Assembly (NCBI GenBank): GCA_963765675.1
Contig: CAVXXK010000006.1
Span: 96,001 to 160,000 of the forward strand
Length of the DNA: 64,000 nt
Origin: an uncultured delta proteobacterium
GTDB lineage: Bacteria > Desulfobacterota > Binatia > Binatales > Binataceae
Direction of reading: 5' to 3'
Shown here: positions 51,735 through 62,289 of the stretch, one piece after another
Numbering within the stretch: position 1 is the stretch's first letter
Layout: the number at the start of each line of letters is the position of its first letter
Position numbers and translations under genes: made by a program
Notes under the pieces: generated by a model
What the model saw: only the letters and a program-made list of their open reading frames with translations
Told to the model about the DNA's origin: nothing
Databases searched by the model: none

Positions 51735-54047
51735 ATGCCCAGTCTGCGATACACCGTAACGATTTTCATCGGTGCGTTTCTGCTGTTTCAGATCGAGCCG
51801 ATGATCGCCAAGTACATCCTGCCGTGGTTCGGCGGCTCGACGACGGTGTGGACGACCTGCCTCCTGTTTTTTCAAGTAGCGTTGCTGGCGGGATATACGT
51901 ACGCGCATTTCGTCGGCACGCGGATGCGCCCGAGACAGCAACTGATCGTCCATCTTGGGCTCATCGCGATCTGCGTCCTCGCGATGACGACCCTCGCGAT
52001 ATGGTCGAAGTCGCCGATCCTGCCCGGCGCCGGATGGAAAGCGGCACGGGTCCATTTTCCGATCGTGCGCATCCTGATGGTGCTGTCCGCGAGTATCGGG
52101 CTGCCGTACTTCGCGTTATCCGCGACCGCTCCGCTGGTGCAGTCATGGTTCGCGCTGAGTTTTCCCGAGAAGTCTCCGTACCGGCTCTATGCCGTCTCGA
52201 ATTTCGGTTCGTTGCTCGGCCTGCTGACCTACCCATTCGCGGTCGAGCCGAATCTAGGTCTGAGAGCGCAAGCAAATCTGTGGTTCATTTTGTATCTGGT
52301 TTTTGCGGTTAGCATCACCTACTGTGCGCTCCCGCTTCGCAGCGCCGTGCCTGGCAAGTTGCAGGACGAAGACGCGTCGGATGCGGACTCGAGCCGCGGC
52401 GTATGGGCGTTGTGGATCGCGCTGCCCGCGTGCGCGTCGCTTCTGCTCTACGGGGCGACCGGCCAGATGACGCAGGACGTCGCCCCGATTCCTTTCATGT
52501 GGATCTTGCCGCTCGGGCTCTACCTGTTCTCGTTCATCATCTGCTTCGACAGCAACAGGTGGTACCGGCGCGAGATTTTTCAGCCGCTTTTCGGAGCCGC
52601 AATTTTCTCGAACCTGGTGCTCGTAATTTTTCTCGATCGAATTTCAGCGTTCATTGCGGGCGCTTCGCTTTCCGTCACGACCGTCAGGATGCTGCTGGAG
52701 ATCGTAAACGTGCTGGTGCTGATGTTCGCCGGATGCATGGTGTGCCACGGCGAGCTCGTCCGCCTGAAACCGCATAAACGCGATCTGACGGCCTTCTACC
52801 TGATGCTGTCGGCGGGCGGTGCGTTGGGCGGAATCTTTTCCGTTGTGTTTGCTCCGCTGTTGTTCCGCGAGTTCGTTGATTTTCGTTTCGCGGCCTGGAC
52901 CTGCCTGGTGTTGATTACAATCTCGCTGACGCGAGATCGCGAATCGTGGCTCTATCGGCGGACGCCGTGGGCCGGTCCTGCCATCCTGTTCGCGGCAGCG
53001 ATACTACCCTCGATGGCTGGGACCGTTGCGCAGCCGGGGACATACGCGGTTATCGCGATCGCGGTGGTCGCGGTCTTCGTGCTCTTCACGAGGCGGAAGA
53101 ATCCGCCGCGATGGATGGCGCGGCCCGGAATCATCGCGCAGGGCTCGATGCTGGCGGCCGCCGTGATGCTGGCAATCGTCTATGTGCAAACCATCGCGAT
53201 CGCGACGCGTCACGCGCTCTGGATATCGCGCAACTTCTACGGTGTGCTCCGCGTGATCGAGGAAGACGCGCCGGACAATACCTGGGTTTCGCACAAGCTG
53301 ATGAACGGGCAGATCGAGCATGGCAAGCAGTTCTTTTCCTCGCGCTATCCGCAGCTTCATTACTATCCGACCGGCTATTACGGCACCGACAGCGGAATAG
53401 GGCTGGTAATGATGAACGATCCGCAGCGCGCGCTGCCCGGAAATTCCGCGATGCGCGTGGGGGTGGTGGGTCTTGGCGTCGGAGCGATGGCGGCGTGGGG
53501 AAGGCCGGGCGACTCGTTTCGTTTCTATGAAATAAACCCGGCGGACATCGATGTCGCCACCAGCTCCGAGGGGTATTTCACTTTTCTTCACGATTCGAGC
53601 GCGAAGGTGACAATAGTCCCGGGCGACGCGCGCCTGTCGATGGAACGTGAACTGGCCGCGGGCCACTCGCAGCAGTTCGACGTGCTGGTGATCGACGCCT
53701 TTAACGGCGACACGATCCCGACTCATCTTCTGACCCTCGAAGCGATGCGGATTTATTTGCGCGAGCTAAAGCCGGAGGGAGTCCTGGCCGTCCATATTTC
53801 CAATCTCAATTTCGATCTGCGGCCGGTGCTGGCCGAGCACAGCCGGACGCTCAACCTGCGTTACGGCTTCGTGCATGTTGATGAGAAAGACATGGTGAAC
53901 TGGTCGAGCGATTGGGTATTGCTCGCACGCGATGACAAGGTGCTCGGCAAAAGCGAAATCGCCCCTCACCTCGAATCGCGCGAGCATCTCCGCCGCATCC
54001 GTCCGTGGACCGACGACTACAGCAATCTGTTTCAACTTCTGAAGTGA
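51735..54047 (+). CDS. Fused membrane / spermidine-synthase-like methyltransferase
   Basis: FLLFQIEPMIAKYILPWFGGS, CHGEL, VVGLGVG, FYEINP, GDARL, DAFNGD, WTDDYSNL. Confidence 0.85.
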   Translation: MPSLRYTVTIFIGAFLLFQIEPMIAKYILPWFGGSTTVWTTCLLFFQVALLAGYTYAHFVGTRMRPRQQLIVHLGLIAICVLAMTTLAIWSKSPILPGAGWKAARVHFPIVRILMVLSASIGLPYFALSATAPLVQSWFALSFPEKSPYRLYAVSNFGSLLGLLTYPFAVEPNLGLRAQANLWFILYLVFAVSITYCALPLRSAVPGKLQDEDASDADSSRGVWALWIALPACASLLLYGATGQMTQDVAPIPFMWILPLGLYLFSFIICFDSNRWYRREIFQPLFGAAIFSNLVLVIFLDRISAFIAGASLSVTTVRMLLEIVNVLVLMFAGCMVCHGELVRLKPHKRDLTAFYLMLSAGGALGGIFSVVFAPLLFREFVDFRFAAWTCLVLITISLTRDRESWLYRRTPWAGPAILFAAAILPSMAGTVAQPGTYAVIAIAVVAVFVLFTRRKNPPRWMARPGIIAQGSMLAAAVMLAIVYVQTIAIATRHALWISRNFYGVLRVIEEDAPDNTWVSHKLMNGQIEHGKQFFSSRYPQLHYYPTGYYGTDSGIGLVMMNDPQRALPGNSAMRVGVVGLGVGAMAAWGRPGDSFRFYEINPADIDVATSSEGYFTFLHDSSAKVTIVPGDARLSMERELAAGHSQQFDVLVIDAFNGDTIPTHLLTLEAMRIYLRELKPEGVLAVHISNLNFDLRPVLAEHSRTLNLRYGFVHVDEKDMVNWSSDWVLLARDDKVLGKSEIAPHLESREHLRRIRPWTDDYSNLFQLLK

Positions 54048-54155
54048 AGAACCCGACCGCTGCGATGGATTATCTGCTATGGCCGCTGGCGTGGCAGATC
54101 GGTTATGGTCACGCGTCGAGTTGTTCGAGATCTCTGTGATGACGGTCGCGTGCCG

Positions 54156-54716
54156 ATGACAACCTATCCGAAATTGCGCTTCAAACTCGCGTTCGCCTTC
54201 GCGGCGCTGATATTCACGACCGCTTCCGTGTTCGCCGCACCATCAATAGTTCCCAAACCACTGCCCGCGCCCGTACAGTCACAGGCGCCCGGAATCCGTC
54301 CGCTAGGGCGCGGTCGTCATACGATTTGGGGAATCCGCGTTTACGACGCGACCTTGTGGGTCGTCGGCGACAGGTTCATTCCTGCCGAGCCGCACGCGCT
54401 TGACGTCGAGGCCAACAAGAGCGTCAGCGCCGACACTCTCGTCAAGACTTCTACGGACGAAATGCGCAGGCTCAAGCTGGGCGACGCGGCACAACTAGAG
54501 GCCTGGCGCCAGGAACTCAAGCGCCTGATGCCGAGCGTGCGGTCCGGCGACCAGGTCGTGGTTTTCTGTCCGAAAGAATCGAAGACGCTGGTGTACTACA
54601 ATGGACGCCGCCAGGGTGAGGTCGATGACGCAACCCTATGCGCCGCGATTATGGATGTGTGGCTTCATCCATCGAGCCAGAGCCCGGAAATGCGAAAGTC
54701 ACTGCTCGCGCACTGA
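54156..54716 (+). CDS. Chalcone isomerase-like exported protein
   Basis: Signal peptide, WGIRVYDATLW, PSVRSGD, IMDVWL...PEMRKSLL. Confidence 0.75.
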   Translation: MTTYPKLRFKLAFAFAALIFTTASVFAAPSIVPKPLPAPVQSQAPGIRPLGRGRHTIWGIRVYDATLWVVGDRFIPAEPHALDVEANKSVSADTLVKTSTDEMRRLKLGDAAQLEAWRQELKRLMPSVRSGDQVVVFCPKESKTLVYYNGRRQGEVDDATLCAAIMDVWLHPSSQSPEMRKSLLAH

Positions 54717-54772
54717 TTGCCGCTCGCAGCCGAAGCGTTCGTTACTTCGCTCGTTCCCATCAAGACATCAAC

Positions 54773-54808
54773 AAAAAAAGTGCGCTCCCGTTTCCGGAAG
54801 CGCACTTT
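54773..54808 (-). terminator. Rho-independent terminator of the DUF1329 pair, possibly bidirectional
   Basis: AAAGTGCGCT-CCG...CGG-AGCGCACTTT hairpin with an A7 run (U-tract on the minus strand) between convergent genes. Confidence 0.75.
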
Positions 54809-54829
54809 GCTTCTCAGTTCCTTATTGTC

Positions 54830-56206
54830 TCAGTGGCCGGCGTTTTTGAGCGCCTCTGGGGTGAAGAAGGAGTTGTTGACGACGCCCATGTCGATATACC
54901 AGCACTCGCGGTCGGGCGCGGTGGGACCGGGCATGAACACGATCGAGCTGTTGGAGTTGGTCAGGTCGTAGTCGACCAGCGCAAGCTGGAACATCCGCTT
55001 GTATGGATAGATCGCGATCCGGGCGTCGGGCACCGGACGGTCGCGATAGGTGTTGAACGCAGCCAGCGTCTTCCACAGCTTGCCCTCGCGGTCGTACTGG
55101 TCCGACGCGGTGATAAACCAACCCTCGGAATCGACATAGAGGATACGCTTGGAGATGGAGAAGTTGTTGCCCGGCTTGGCATCCGCTTCGACGACATACA
55201 GATGGCGCATCTCCCAGTTCTCGGGGCATACGGTGTGGTTGCCGTCGGAGGGGCATCCGGTCTCGGGCGAGGTCTTGGCGTTGACTACCGCGAGCATGTT
55301 CTTGTCGCCCAGGAATTTGTAGGTGTAGTCCTCGACCTTGGCGGCAAAGCCGAAGTAGGAATCGGGATCGATCGAAGAGGCCAGCGACCCGCCTCCAGCC
55401 GCACTCATCCCTCCGCCGCCGCCGCGGCCACCGCTTCCGCCACCGCCGCCGCCGCTGGCCGAGAATCCGGGCAGCATCCCGATCGCGTCGGTCAGCACGT
55501 CGACTGATTCGCGCCGCAGCCGTCGATTCTCCGGATTGAAAACCCAGGTGTTGTCTTCGACCTTGGGGTCGATATGTCGGTACCGGACCATCCCGAAGCC
55601 GCGTAGCAACGACGGTTCGAGGAACGGGTAGAAGCCGAAGCGGTAGCGCACGCCGCTTTCGGCGGCGTCAGGATCAGTCGGGACCGGAGGAACCTCGATC
55701 CGGCCGATATTGTTGTAGAAGGCAAAATGTCCGACGGTGAAGAAGCTCAGCGGATCGCCGCCGGTCTCGGAATAGCTGGCGATCTCGGGAAAGCGCAGGT
55801 CGGCGTCGTCGCTGTAGAGCGGCCGGAAGCTGAAATTCCACATCAGCTTGGTCGCCATCTCGGGGTCGTTGGCGTCGAGCAGCGGAAACGGCAATCCGGC
55901 GACGTAGTTGTGCAGGGTGCCGTCGGGCGCGAGCGTCACCTGCGCGTGATATTTCTCGGTCGCCGAGGTGTACGGCGGAGGCCATTCGAGCTTCTCGGAC
56001 GGCACAATATCCATCACCATCCCGCGCTGCACCAACGTGTAATTGCCCGGACTCACGAGATTCTGCACCTGGGCGGCGTTGGCCTTGGTGATCACATCAC
56101 CCGGCTTCACCTGCGCATACGCCGGAAGCGCGACTGCTGCCGCCAGCGCGACTATCGCGGCTATTCCCAATCGTCTGGTTGTCCGCTCCGCTCGATTAGA
56201 CCGCAT
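54830..56206 (-). CDS. DUF1329 domain exported protein
   Basis: AQVKPGD, ATEKY, YVAGLPFP, RRLRR, YDREGKLWK; Gly-rich loop. Confidence 0.8.
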   Translation of the reverse strand: MRSNRAERTTRRLGIAAIVALAAAVALPAYAQVKPGDVITKANAAQVQNLVSPGNYTLVQRGMVMDIVPSEKLEWPPPYTSATEKYHAQVTLAPDGTLHNYVAGLPFPLLDANDPEMATKLMWNFSFRPLYSDDADLRFPEIASYSETGGDPLSFFTVGHFAFYNNIGRIEVPPVPTDPDAAESGVRYRFGFYPFLEPSLLRGFGMVRYRHIDPKVEDNTWVFNPENRRLRRESVDVLTDAIGMLPGFSASGGGGGGSGGRGGGGGMSAAGGGSLASSIDPDSYFGFAAKVEDYTYKFLGDKNMLAVVNAKTSPETGCPSDGNHTVCPENWEMRHLYVVEADAKPGNNFSISKRILYVDSEGWFITASDQYDREGKLWKTLAAFNTYRDRPVPDARIAIYPYKRMFQLALVDYDLTNSNSSIVFMPGPTAPDRECWYIDMGVVNNSFFTPEALKNAGH

Positions 56207-56356
56207 GAGTGTCTCCTTCGTTGGGCCGGGAGCCGCGACGGTCCCGGAAATGACGCCCTATCTTACATAAGTTAGGTTGCCGGAAGAATGGTGGGCTGCC
56301 GGGACGGCGGCCCTAACTGAAGAGAGATTCATACCGCGCACTTGTGGGCATCGGCT

Positions 56357-57691
56357 CTAATGGCCGGCATTCTCGAGCGCTTCGGGCGAAAGAAAAGAGT
56401 TATTAACGACGCCCATGTCGATATACCAGCACTCGCGCTCGGGCGCGGTCGGTCCGGGCATGTAGATGACAGAGCTGGCGTTCTGCTCGATATCTTCGTC
56501 GGCAAGTCCGAGCTGGAACATCCGCTTATACGGATAGATTGCGACTCTGGCGTCGGGGACCGGGCGGTCGCGGTAGGTGTTGAAGGTCACCAGCGTCTTC
56601 CACAGTTTGCCCTCGCGATCGTACTGGTCCGACGCGGTGATAAACCATCCCTCGGAATCGATGTAGAAAATGCGTTTGGGGATGGCGGCATTCGAGCCGT
56701 TCTTCGCGGTCGCCTCGATTACGTAGAGATGACGCATCTCCCAGTCCTCGGGACATATCGTGTGGCCGCCGTCGGTTGAGCAGGAGGGTTCGGGCGAGCT
56801 TTTCGCATGCACGCATGCGAGCATGTCCTTCTCGCCCAGCAGGCGGTAGTTGAAATCCTCGATCTTGGCGGAGAATCCGAAATAGGAATCAGGATCGATC
56901 GTCGAGACATAAGGCTGCGCCGCGCCGGTGCCGAAGCCTGGAATCGCGCCGATCGCGTCGGACATCAGCGAAGCCTGCTCGCGGCGCAGGCGGCGCGAAC
57001 GCGAGCTATAGACCCAGATGTTGTCCTCGATATTCGGATCGAGATGCCGGAAGCGCAGGAACCCAAGTCCGCGCAATGTGGCCGGCTCCAGGAATGGATA
57101 GAACGCGAAGCGATAGCGGATTCCGCTGGCCTGCGCGTCGGGATCGGTCGGGACCGGAGGAACCTCGATCCGGCCGACATTGTTGTAGAAGGCAAAGTGC
57201 CCGACGGTGAAGTATCCGGTCGGCGAACCCGGAGCCGACGTTGGCGTGTAGCTCGCGATCTCCGGGTAGCGCAGGTCGGCGTCATCGGTGTAGAGCGGGC
57301 GGAAGCTGAAGTTCCACATCACTTTTTGCGCGACCTGCGGATCGTTCGGATCCAGCAGCGGGAAGGGCAATCCCGCCGTGTAATGCTGCAGCGTGCCGTC
57401 GGACGCGAGTGCCACCTGCGCGTGATATTTCTCAGTCGCCGATTTGTATGGCGGTGGCCAATCGGTGCTGGAGGTCGGCACGATATTGAGCTGCATCCCG
57501 CGCTGCACCAGGACGTAGTTGCCGGGACTCAGCAGACTCTGCACCTGCTGGGCATTCGCAGGAGTGATCACGTCGCCGGGCTTGACCTGTGCAGCGGCCG
57601 GGCTGGGCGACGCCGTCAGTAGCGCCGCCACAAAGGCTATCGCGCATAGTCCGGCCCTCCTGTGTTGCCTGCTCTCTGGGTTCACGCGCAT
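56357..57691 (-). CDS. DUF1329 domain exported protein (tandem paralog)
   Basis: Highly similar to 54830..56206, with a nearly identical C-terminus. Confidence 0.8.
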   Translation of the reverse strand: MRVNPESRQHRRAGLCAIAFVAALLTASPSPAAAQVKPGDVITPANAQQVQSLLSPGNYVLVQRGMQLNIVPTSSTDWPPPYKSATEKYHAQVALASDGTLQHYTAGLPFPLLDPNDPQVAQKVMWNFSFRPLYTDDADLRYPEIASYTPTSAPGSPTGYFTVGHFAFYNNVGRIEVPPVPTDPDAQASGIRYRFAFYPFLEPATLRGLGFLRFRHLDPNIEDNIWVYSSRSRRLRREQASLMSDAIGAIPGFGTGAAQPYVSTIDPDSYFGFSAKIEDFNYRLLGEKDMLACVHAKSSPEPSCSTDGGHTICPEDWEMRHLYVIEATAKNGSNAAIPKRIFYIDSEGWFITASDQYDREGKLWKTLVTFNTYRDRPVPDARVAIYPYKRMFQLGLADEDIEQNASSVIYMPGPTAPERECWYIDMGVVNNSFLSPEALENAGH

Positions 57692-57912
57692 GAGCGTATG
57701 CTCCTTTGATTGACCAGCAGCGGCCCCAACCTACAGAGTCGCTGGATTAGGAAAGCGGGGCAACAAATATCCGCCGATCGGTCAACCAACAACCCCAATC
57801 GGCCCGAAACTGGCGGCGGTCGGCGACGTATCGGCGGTTGATCGTGCGCGCGGGAAGGTCCTAAGATCCCCGATAATTCGACCACCCAGCCGACCATAAG
57901 GACAAGACCGGG

Positions 57913-58371
57913 ATGAAATCATACCTATCGCGCCTCGCGCTCAGCGCCATGACGATCGTTGCCGCATTTTGCCTGGTCGCCGTCTCCGCGCCAGCGTCGC
58001 GCGCGCAAATGAGAGCGATGGGGATGCCGATTCCGACGACGATCGTGATCACCAAGCCCGCGCCGGGCGAGATTTTCGGCAATCAGCGAGTCGTCACACT
58101 GGGTGTCGGCACCAAGAAGTACAAGTTCGTGCTCAACGACGGCTACGTCAACACCATGAGCGATCGGGTGCGGTTTCCCGATATCTGGCAGTATGTGCAA
58201 ACGCATGATCCCAACTTCGTGGTTCAGGGCGTCGGCGCGGACACGTTCGAGAAGATCGAGCCGGGCCAGCAGATGACGATCACCGGGATGTTCGCGCCGC
58301 TGGATCGGACCTTCGAGGTCGAGAATGCGCAGCTAGGCAAAGGCGCGCTGAACCCGCAGAAGCATTATTGA
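57913..58371 (+). CDS. Hypothetical exported protein
   Basis: Signal peptide ending ASRA; typical codon usage. Confidence 0.65.
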   Translation: MKSYLSRLALSAMTIVAAFCLVAVSAPASRAQMRAMGMPIPTTIVITKPAPGEIFGNQRVVTLGVGTKKYKFVLNDGYVNTMSDRVRFPDIWQYVQTHDPNFVVQGVGADTFEKIEPGQQMTITGMFAPLDRTFEVENAQLGKGALNPQKHY

Positions 58372-58428
58372 GAAAGCGCCTACTGGCGAGTCTTGCGCAG
58401 CTCATTCCACGGGACTGCCTCCGCGGCT

Positions 58429-58605
58429 GGCGAGATTCCTCGCGATTTCCGCAGCGCGAAACCAGACGCACGACATGAAACAGGCAGTCGATCGTGCTCG
58501 GAATGACAATTCTCGCGTACCTCGTGTCATTCCGAGCGCGCGCAACCGCCGCTTATTGTTTCGTGCGAGTTAGGTCGCGTGGCACAGATCGCGAGGAATC
58601 TCGCC
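58429..58605. repeat. GAGATTCCTCG/GCTCGGAATGAC palindrome, copy C (divergent)
   Basis: GGCGAGATTCCTCGCGAT...GCTCGGAATGACA-loop-TGTCATTCCGAGC...ATCGCGAGGAATCTCGCC. Confidence 0.85.
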
Positions 58606-58730
58606 CTCGGCGTTTGCATACTTTCGCGATGGCGACGCGGAGCTTCGCGCCGGGCGTAAGTTGTACCCTTCGCCAACGTGATGTAGCTTGATTTGCTCGG
58701 AGGCGTTTGTTCAAAAATGACGGCTGATCG

Positions 58731-60438
58731 ATGAAAAAACTGACCGGCGCGCAAATCGTTATCGAAACCCTGATCGCTGAAGGCGCGGACGTGATCTTCG
58801 GCTACCCCGGCGGCGCGATTCTTCCGACCTATGACGCGCTCCTCGACTCCAAAATCAAGCACGTCCTCGTCCGCCATGAGCAGGGCGCGACCCACATGGC
58901 GGAAGGCTTCGCCCGCGTGAGCGGCAAGCCGGGCGTCGTCCTGGTTACCTCGGGTCCGGGCGCGACCAACACCATCACCGGGATCGCCGACGCATACATG
59001 GATTCGACCCCGATGGTCGTGATCACGGGACAGGTCTCGACTTCGCTTATCGGCAACGACGCGTTCCAGGAAGCCGATATCGTCGGCATCACGCGCCCCT
59101 GCACCAAGCACAATTACCTGATTAAAGACGTCAAAGACGTAGCGCGGATTATCAAGGAAGCATTTTATATCGCGGGCAGTGGACGCCCCGGCCCGGTGGT
59201 GGTCGATCTTCCCGAAGGATGTGCAGACCGCGGAGCACGTCTTCAAGCTTCCCGACAAGATCGAGCTGCGCGGTTACAAGCCGACGATTCGTGGTAATCC
59301 GCGCCAGATCGAGCGCGCGGTCGAGGCGATCGAGAACAGCTCGCGTCCTCTCTTCTATGTCGGCGGCGGCGTGCAATGGTCCGGCGCGGCGGCGGAGCTG
59401 CGCGAGCTCTCGCGCGGGCTCGGAATCCCGGTCACCGAAACGCTGATGGCGCTCGGCTCGATGCCGGCGTCGGATTCGCTGCGCCTCGGGATGCTCGGGA
59501 TGCATGGCTCGTACGGCACCAACACAGCGGTGACCAACACCGACTGCCTGATCGCGGTGGGCGCGCGCTTCGACGATCGCGTGACGGGCCGTATCGCGGA
59601 TTTCGCGCCGAAGGCCGAGTCGATCATTCATATCGATATCGACCCGTCGTCGATCTCGAAGAACGTCAAGGTCGATATTCCGATCGTCGGAGATATCAAG
59701 TCGGTGCTGGTCGATATTCTCGCCGCCGTGAAGGGACGCGAGAGTATCGCGAAGAAGCGCACCGAGTGGCAGAAATGGCATCAGCAGATTCTCCAATGGA
59801 AAAAAGACAAGCCGCTCTATGAAGGCGGCAAGGACGGCCGCAAGGACGGCCTCATCTCGCCGTTCCAGGTCATCAACGAGCTGTACGGAATCACCAAGGG
59901 CGACGTGATCGTCGCGACCGACGTCGGGCAGCATCAGATGTGGATGGCGCAGATGTTCCCGTTCGAGAATCCGCGCTCGTGGCTGACCTCCGGCGGTCTC
60001 GGCACGATGGGTTATGGGCTGCCTGCGGGAATCGGCGCAAAATTCGCCGCGCCCGAGAAGAAAGTCGTCGTGATTTCCGGCGACGGCTCGATCCAGATGA
60101 ATATCCAGGAGCTCGGCACCGCGGTGCAGTACGGCGTCGATATCAAGGTGATCATCCTGAACAACTATTTTCTCGGGATGGTGCGCCAATGGCAGGAGAA
60201 GTTCTACCAGGAGCGATATTCGTACTCCGCGATGTCGGTGCCGAACTTCGTCAAGCTGGCCGACGCCTACGGCGCGCACGGCTTCCGCGTCGAGCACGCG
60301 AAGGACCTCGCCAAGACGATGAAGGACGCCTTCGCGACGCCGGGCCCGGTGTTGATAGACGTAGTAATCCCGAAGGACGAAGTCGTGATGCCGATGATCC
60401 CGCCGGGCGGCGCGATGTCGGAGATGCTGTTCGCGTAA
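58731..60438 (+). CDS. ilvB: Acetolactate synthase large subunit with an apparent +1 frameshift at 59211-59213
   Basis: [52 protein letters not shown]; removing one C restores [12 protein letters not shown]. Confidence 0.93.
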
Positions 60439-60456
60439 GTATCAGGAGGATTCATC

Positions 60457-61002
60457 ATGGCCGCGCGTGTCCCATATCTGAATCGGGAGGATCTGCCCGA
60501 AGCCGACCGTGAGATTTACGACAACCTGATCCGCGAGCGCGGGCAGCCTGTCGGCAATATCTTTCGCACTCTCGCGAACACGCCGAAGCTCCTGCGCCGC
60601 TTCCTCGCGCTGGGCGGAGAGCTGCGCAACGGCACCGCGATCGATCCGAAGCTCCGCGAGCTTGCGATTCTGACCGTAGGACGCCTCGCCGACGCGCAGT
60701 ACGAATTCACGCATCACTGGAACTTGGGGCTGCGCGCGGGTCTCTCGCACGACCAACTAAACGCGCTCGCCGCGTGGGAGAAATCGCCGGCATTTTCTGA
60801 TCAGGAACGTGCCGTGATCCGCTACGCCGTCGAAGCGACCGAAAAGGTCCGGGTGACGGACGCGACGTGGGCTGCCTGCACGAAATTCCTCGACACGCGC
60901 AAGATGATGGAGCTGGTCCAGAACGTCGCCTTCTACAACATGGTAGTCCGCGTGCTCGAGCCCTGCCGCGTCGAGCTCGAGCCGGGCGCGAAAAAGAATT
61001 AG
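60457..61002 (+). CDS. Carboxymuconolactone decarboxylase/AhpD family protein
   Basis: NIFRTLAN, LRELAILTVG...YEFTHH, FSDQERA, FYNMV. Confidence 0.85.
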   Translation: MAARVPYLNREDLPEADREIYDNLIRERGQPVGNIFRTLANTPKLLRRFLALGGELRNGTAIDPKLRELAILTVGRLADAQYEFTHHWNLGLRAGLSHDQLNALAAWEKSPAFSDQERAVIRYAVEATEKVRVTDATWAACTKFLDTRKMMELVQNVAFYNMVVRVLEPCRVELEPGAKKN

Positions 61003-61019
61003 GCGGACCGGCGGCGACG

Positions 61020-61385
61020 ATGCCGCGCAAACAGGATAGCGAATGGTTCGAGGAGGGGATCGCGCTGTTCAACGCGGGGCGGTTCTTTGAATGCCATGAG
61101 GCGTGGGAAGAAATCTGGAAGCACGCGCACGGCGAGGATAAGCGCTTCTACCAGGGACTGATCCAGGCCGCCGTCGCGATCCTGCACGCGCAACGCCGAA
61201 ATCGCGAGGGCGCGTCGAAGTTGTATGCTAAAGCCTCCGAGAAGCTCGATAGCTTTCCCGATTCGCACATGGGTTTGGCGATAGCCGAGTTCAGACGCGC
61301 GATCGAGGATTTCTTCGCGATTGCGCTGAGCACCTCCGATGCGCCCGTTCCCGCGCCGCCGCGCCTTCGGCGCATCCATTGGTAG
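61020..61385 (+). CDS. DUF309 domain protein
   Basis: GIALFNAGRFFECHEAWEEIW, YQGLIQAAVAILH. Confidence 0.88.
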   Translation: MPRKQDSEWFEEGIALFNAGRFFECHEAWEEIWKHAHGEDKRFYQGLIQAAVAILHAQRRNREGASKLYAKASEKLDSFPDSHMGLAIAEFRRAIEDFFAIALSTSDAPVPAPPRLRRIHW

Positions 61386-61410
61386 GGCGTCCCGCTGGGC
61401 CGCCGTCGAT

Positions 61411-61614
61411 CACGGGCGAGACGCCCGCGCCACTATATCTTTTCGCCTGGTAGCTAGTTGGTCGCAGGTCCGGCTAGTAAGCAGATAACTGGCTCAGACC
61501 GTATCCGAGGAACCATTTCCGCGAGCGCTGCCGCGTGGAGAGTACCGTGCTCCGCTCAAGCGCCATATCTCAGTAAAAACCAAAATCTATAGTGGCGCGG
61601 GCGTCTCGCCCGTG
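61411..61614. repeat. REPIN-like element: perfect 27-bp inverted repeats around a 150-bp spacer
   Basis: CACGGGCGAGACGCCCGCGCCACTATA (61411-61437) and its exact reverse complement (61588-61614); each arm is itself a hairpin. Confidence 0.85.
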
Positions 61615-61671
61615 GGCGACGGGTGCGCCGCAGGCGCGCCCTCCCAATGATTTCTCACCGCGAGCAGCGCT

Positions 61672-62109
61672 CTAGAAAGGGATGTCCTCGTCTTCCATCG
61701 GGGCTATGTCGTCGACCCCGCGCGAGGCTCCTGCGCTTGCCGCTGGGCCGCGCGCCTCTCCGGCGTCGTCGCCGCCTGGACGTCCGCCGAGGAACTGCAC
61801 CGTCTGTGCGACGATCTCCGTCACGTAGCGCTTGCCGCTGCCGTCCTTGGCTTCATAGTTGCGCGTCTGCAGGCGCCCTTCGAGATACACCTCGCGCCCC
61901 TTCTTCAGGTACTGGCCGCATAGCTCCGCCGTCTTTCCCCATACGACGATATTGTGCCATTCGGTGCGTTCCTGCTTGGAGCCGCCGCGGTCGGTAAAGC
62001 GTTCGGAGGTTGCGATCGAGAAGTTGCCGACCGCCTGCTGCGAGGCGGTGTAGCGAATCTCGGGATCCTTCCCGAGCCTGCCAATCAATATCACCTTGTT
62101 CACCGACAT
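61672..62109 (-). CDS. ssb: Single-stranded DNA-binding protein
   Basis: [29 protein letters not shown]-terminal EDEDIPF; GGAGG RBS. Confidence 0.96.
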   Translation of the reverse strand: MSVNKVILIGRLGKDPEIRYTASQQAVGNFSIATSERFTDRGGSKQERTEWHNIVVWGKTAELCGQYLKKGREVYLEGRLQTRNYEAKDGSGKRYVTEIVAQTVQFLGGRPGGDDAGEARGPAASAGASRGVDDIAPMEDEDIPF

Positions 62110-62289
62110 CGAATTCCACCTCCGCAAGCGAAACCTAACGCCCGCATGGCGCTGACGCAAGCGAGCGCCGGATTGGCTGTGAACAGCCATCGCTCCTGCG
62201 CTGAGAAATCGCGCCGGAAACGACCTTTCGGCCCTATTTTCAACCCTATATACTGGACTCTGGTGCAGTGGGATGGGCGGAATAGGGTG

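Noticed and set aside
61452-61494. SRP RNA-like motif CAGGTCCGG...AAGCAG
   Set aside because: It lacks the GNRA tetraloop and the TCC/GGA pairing of SRP helix 8, and it lies inside a REP doublet. An Rfam scan would settle it.
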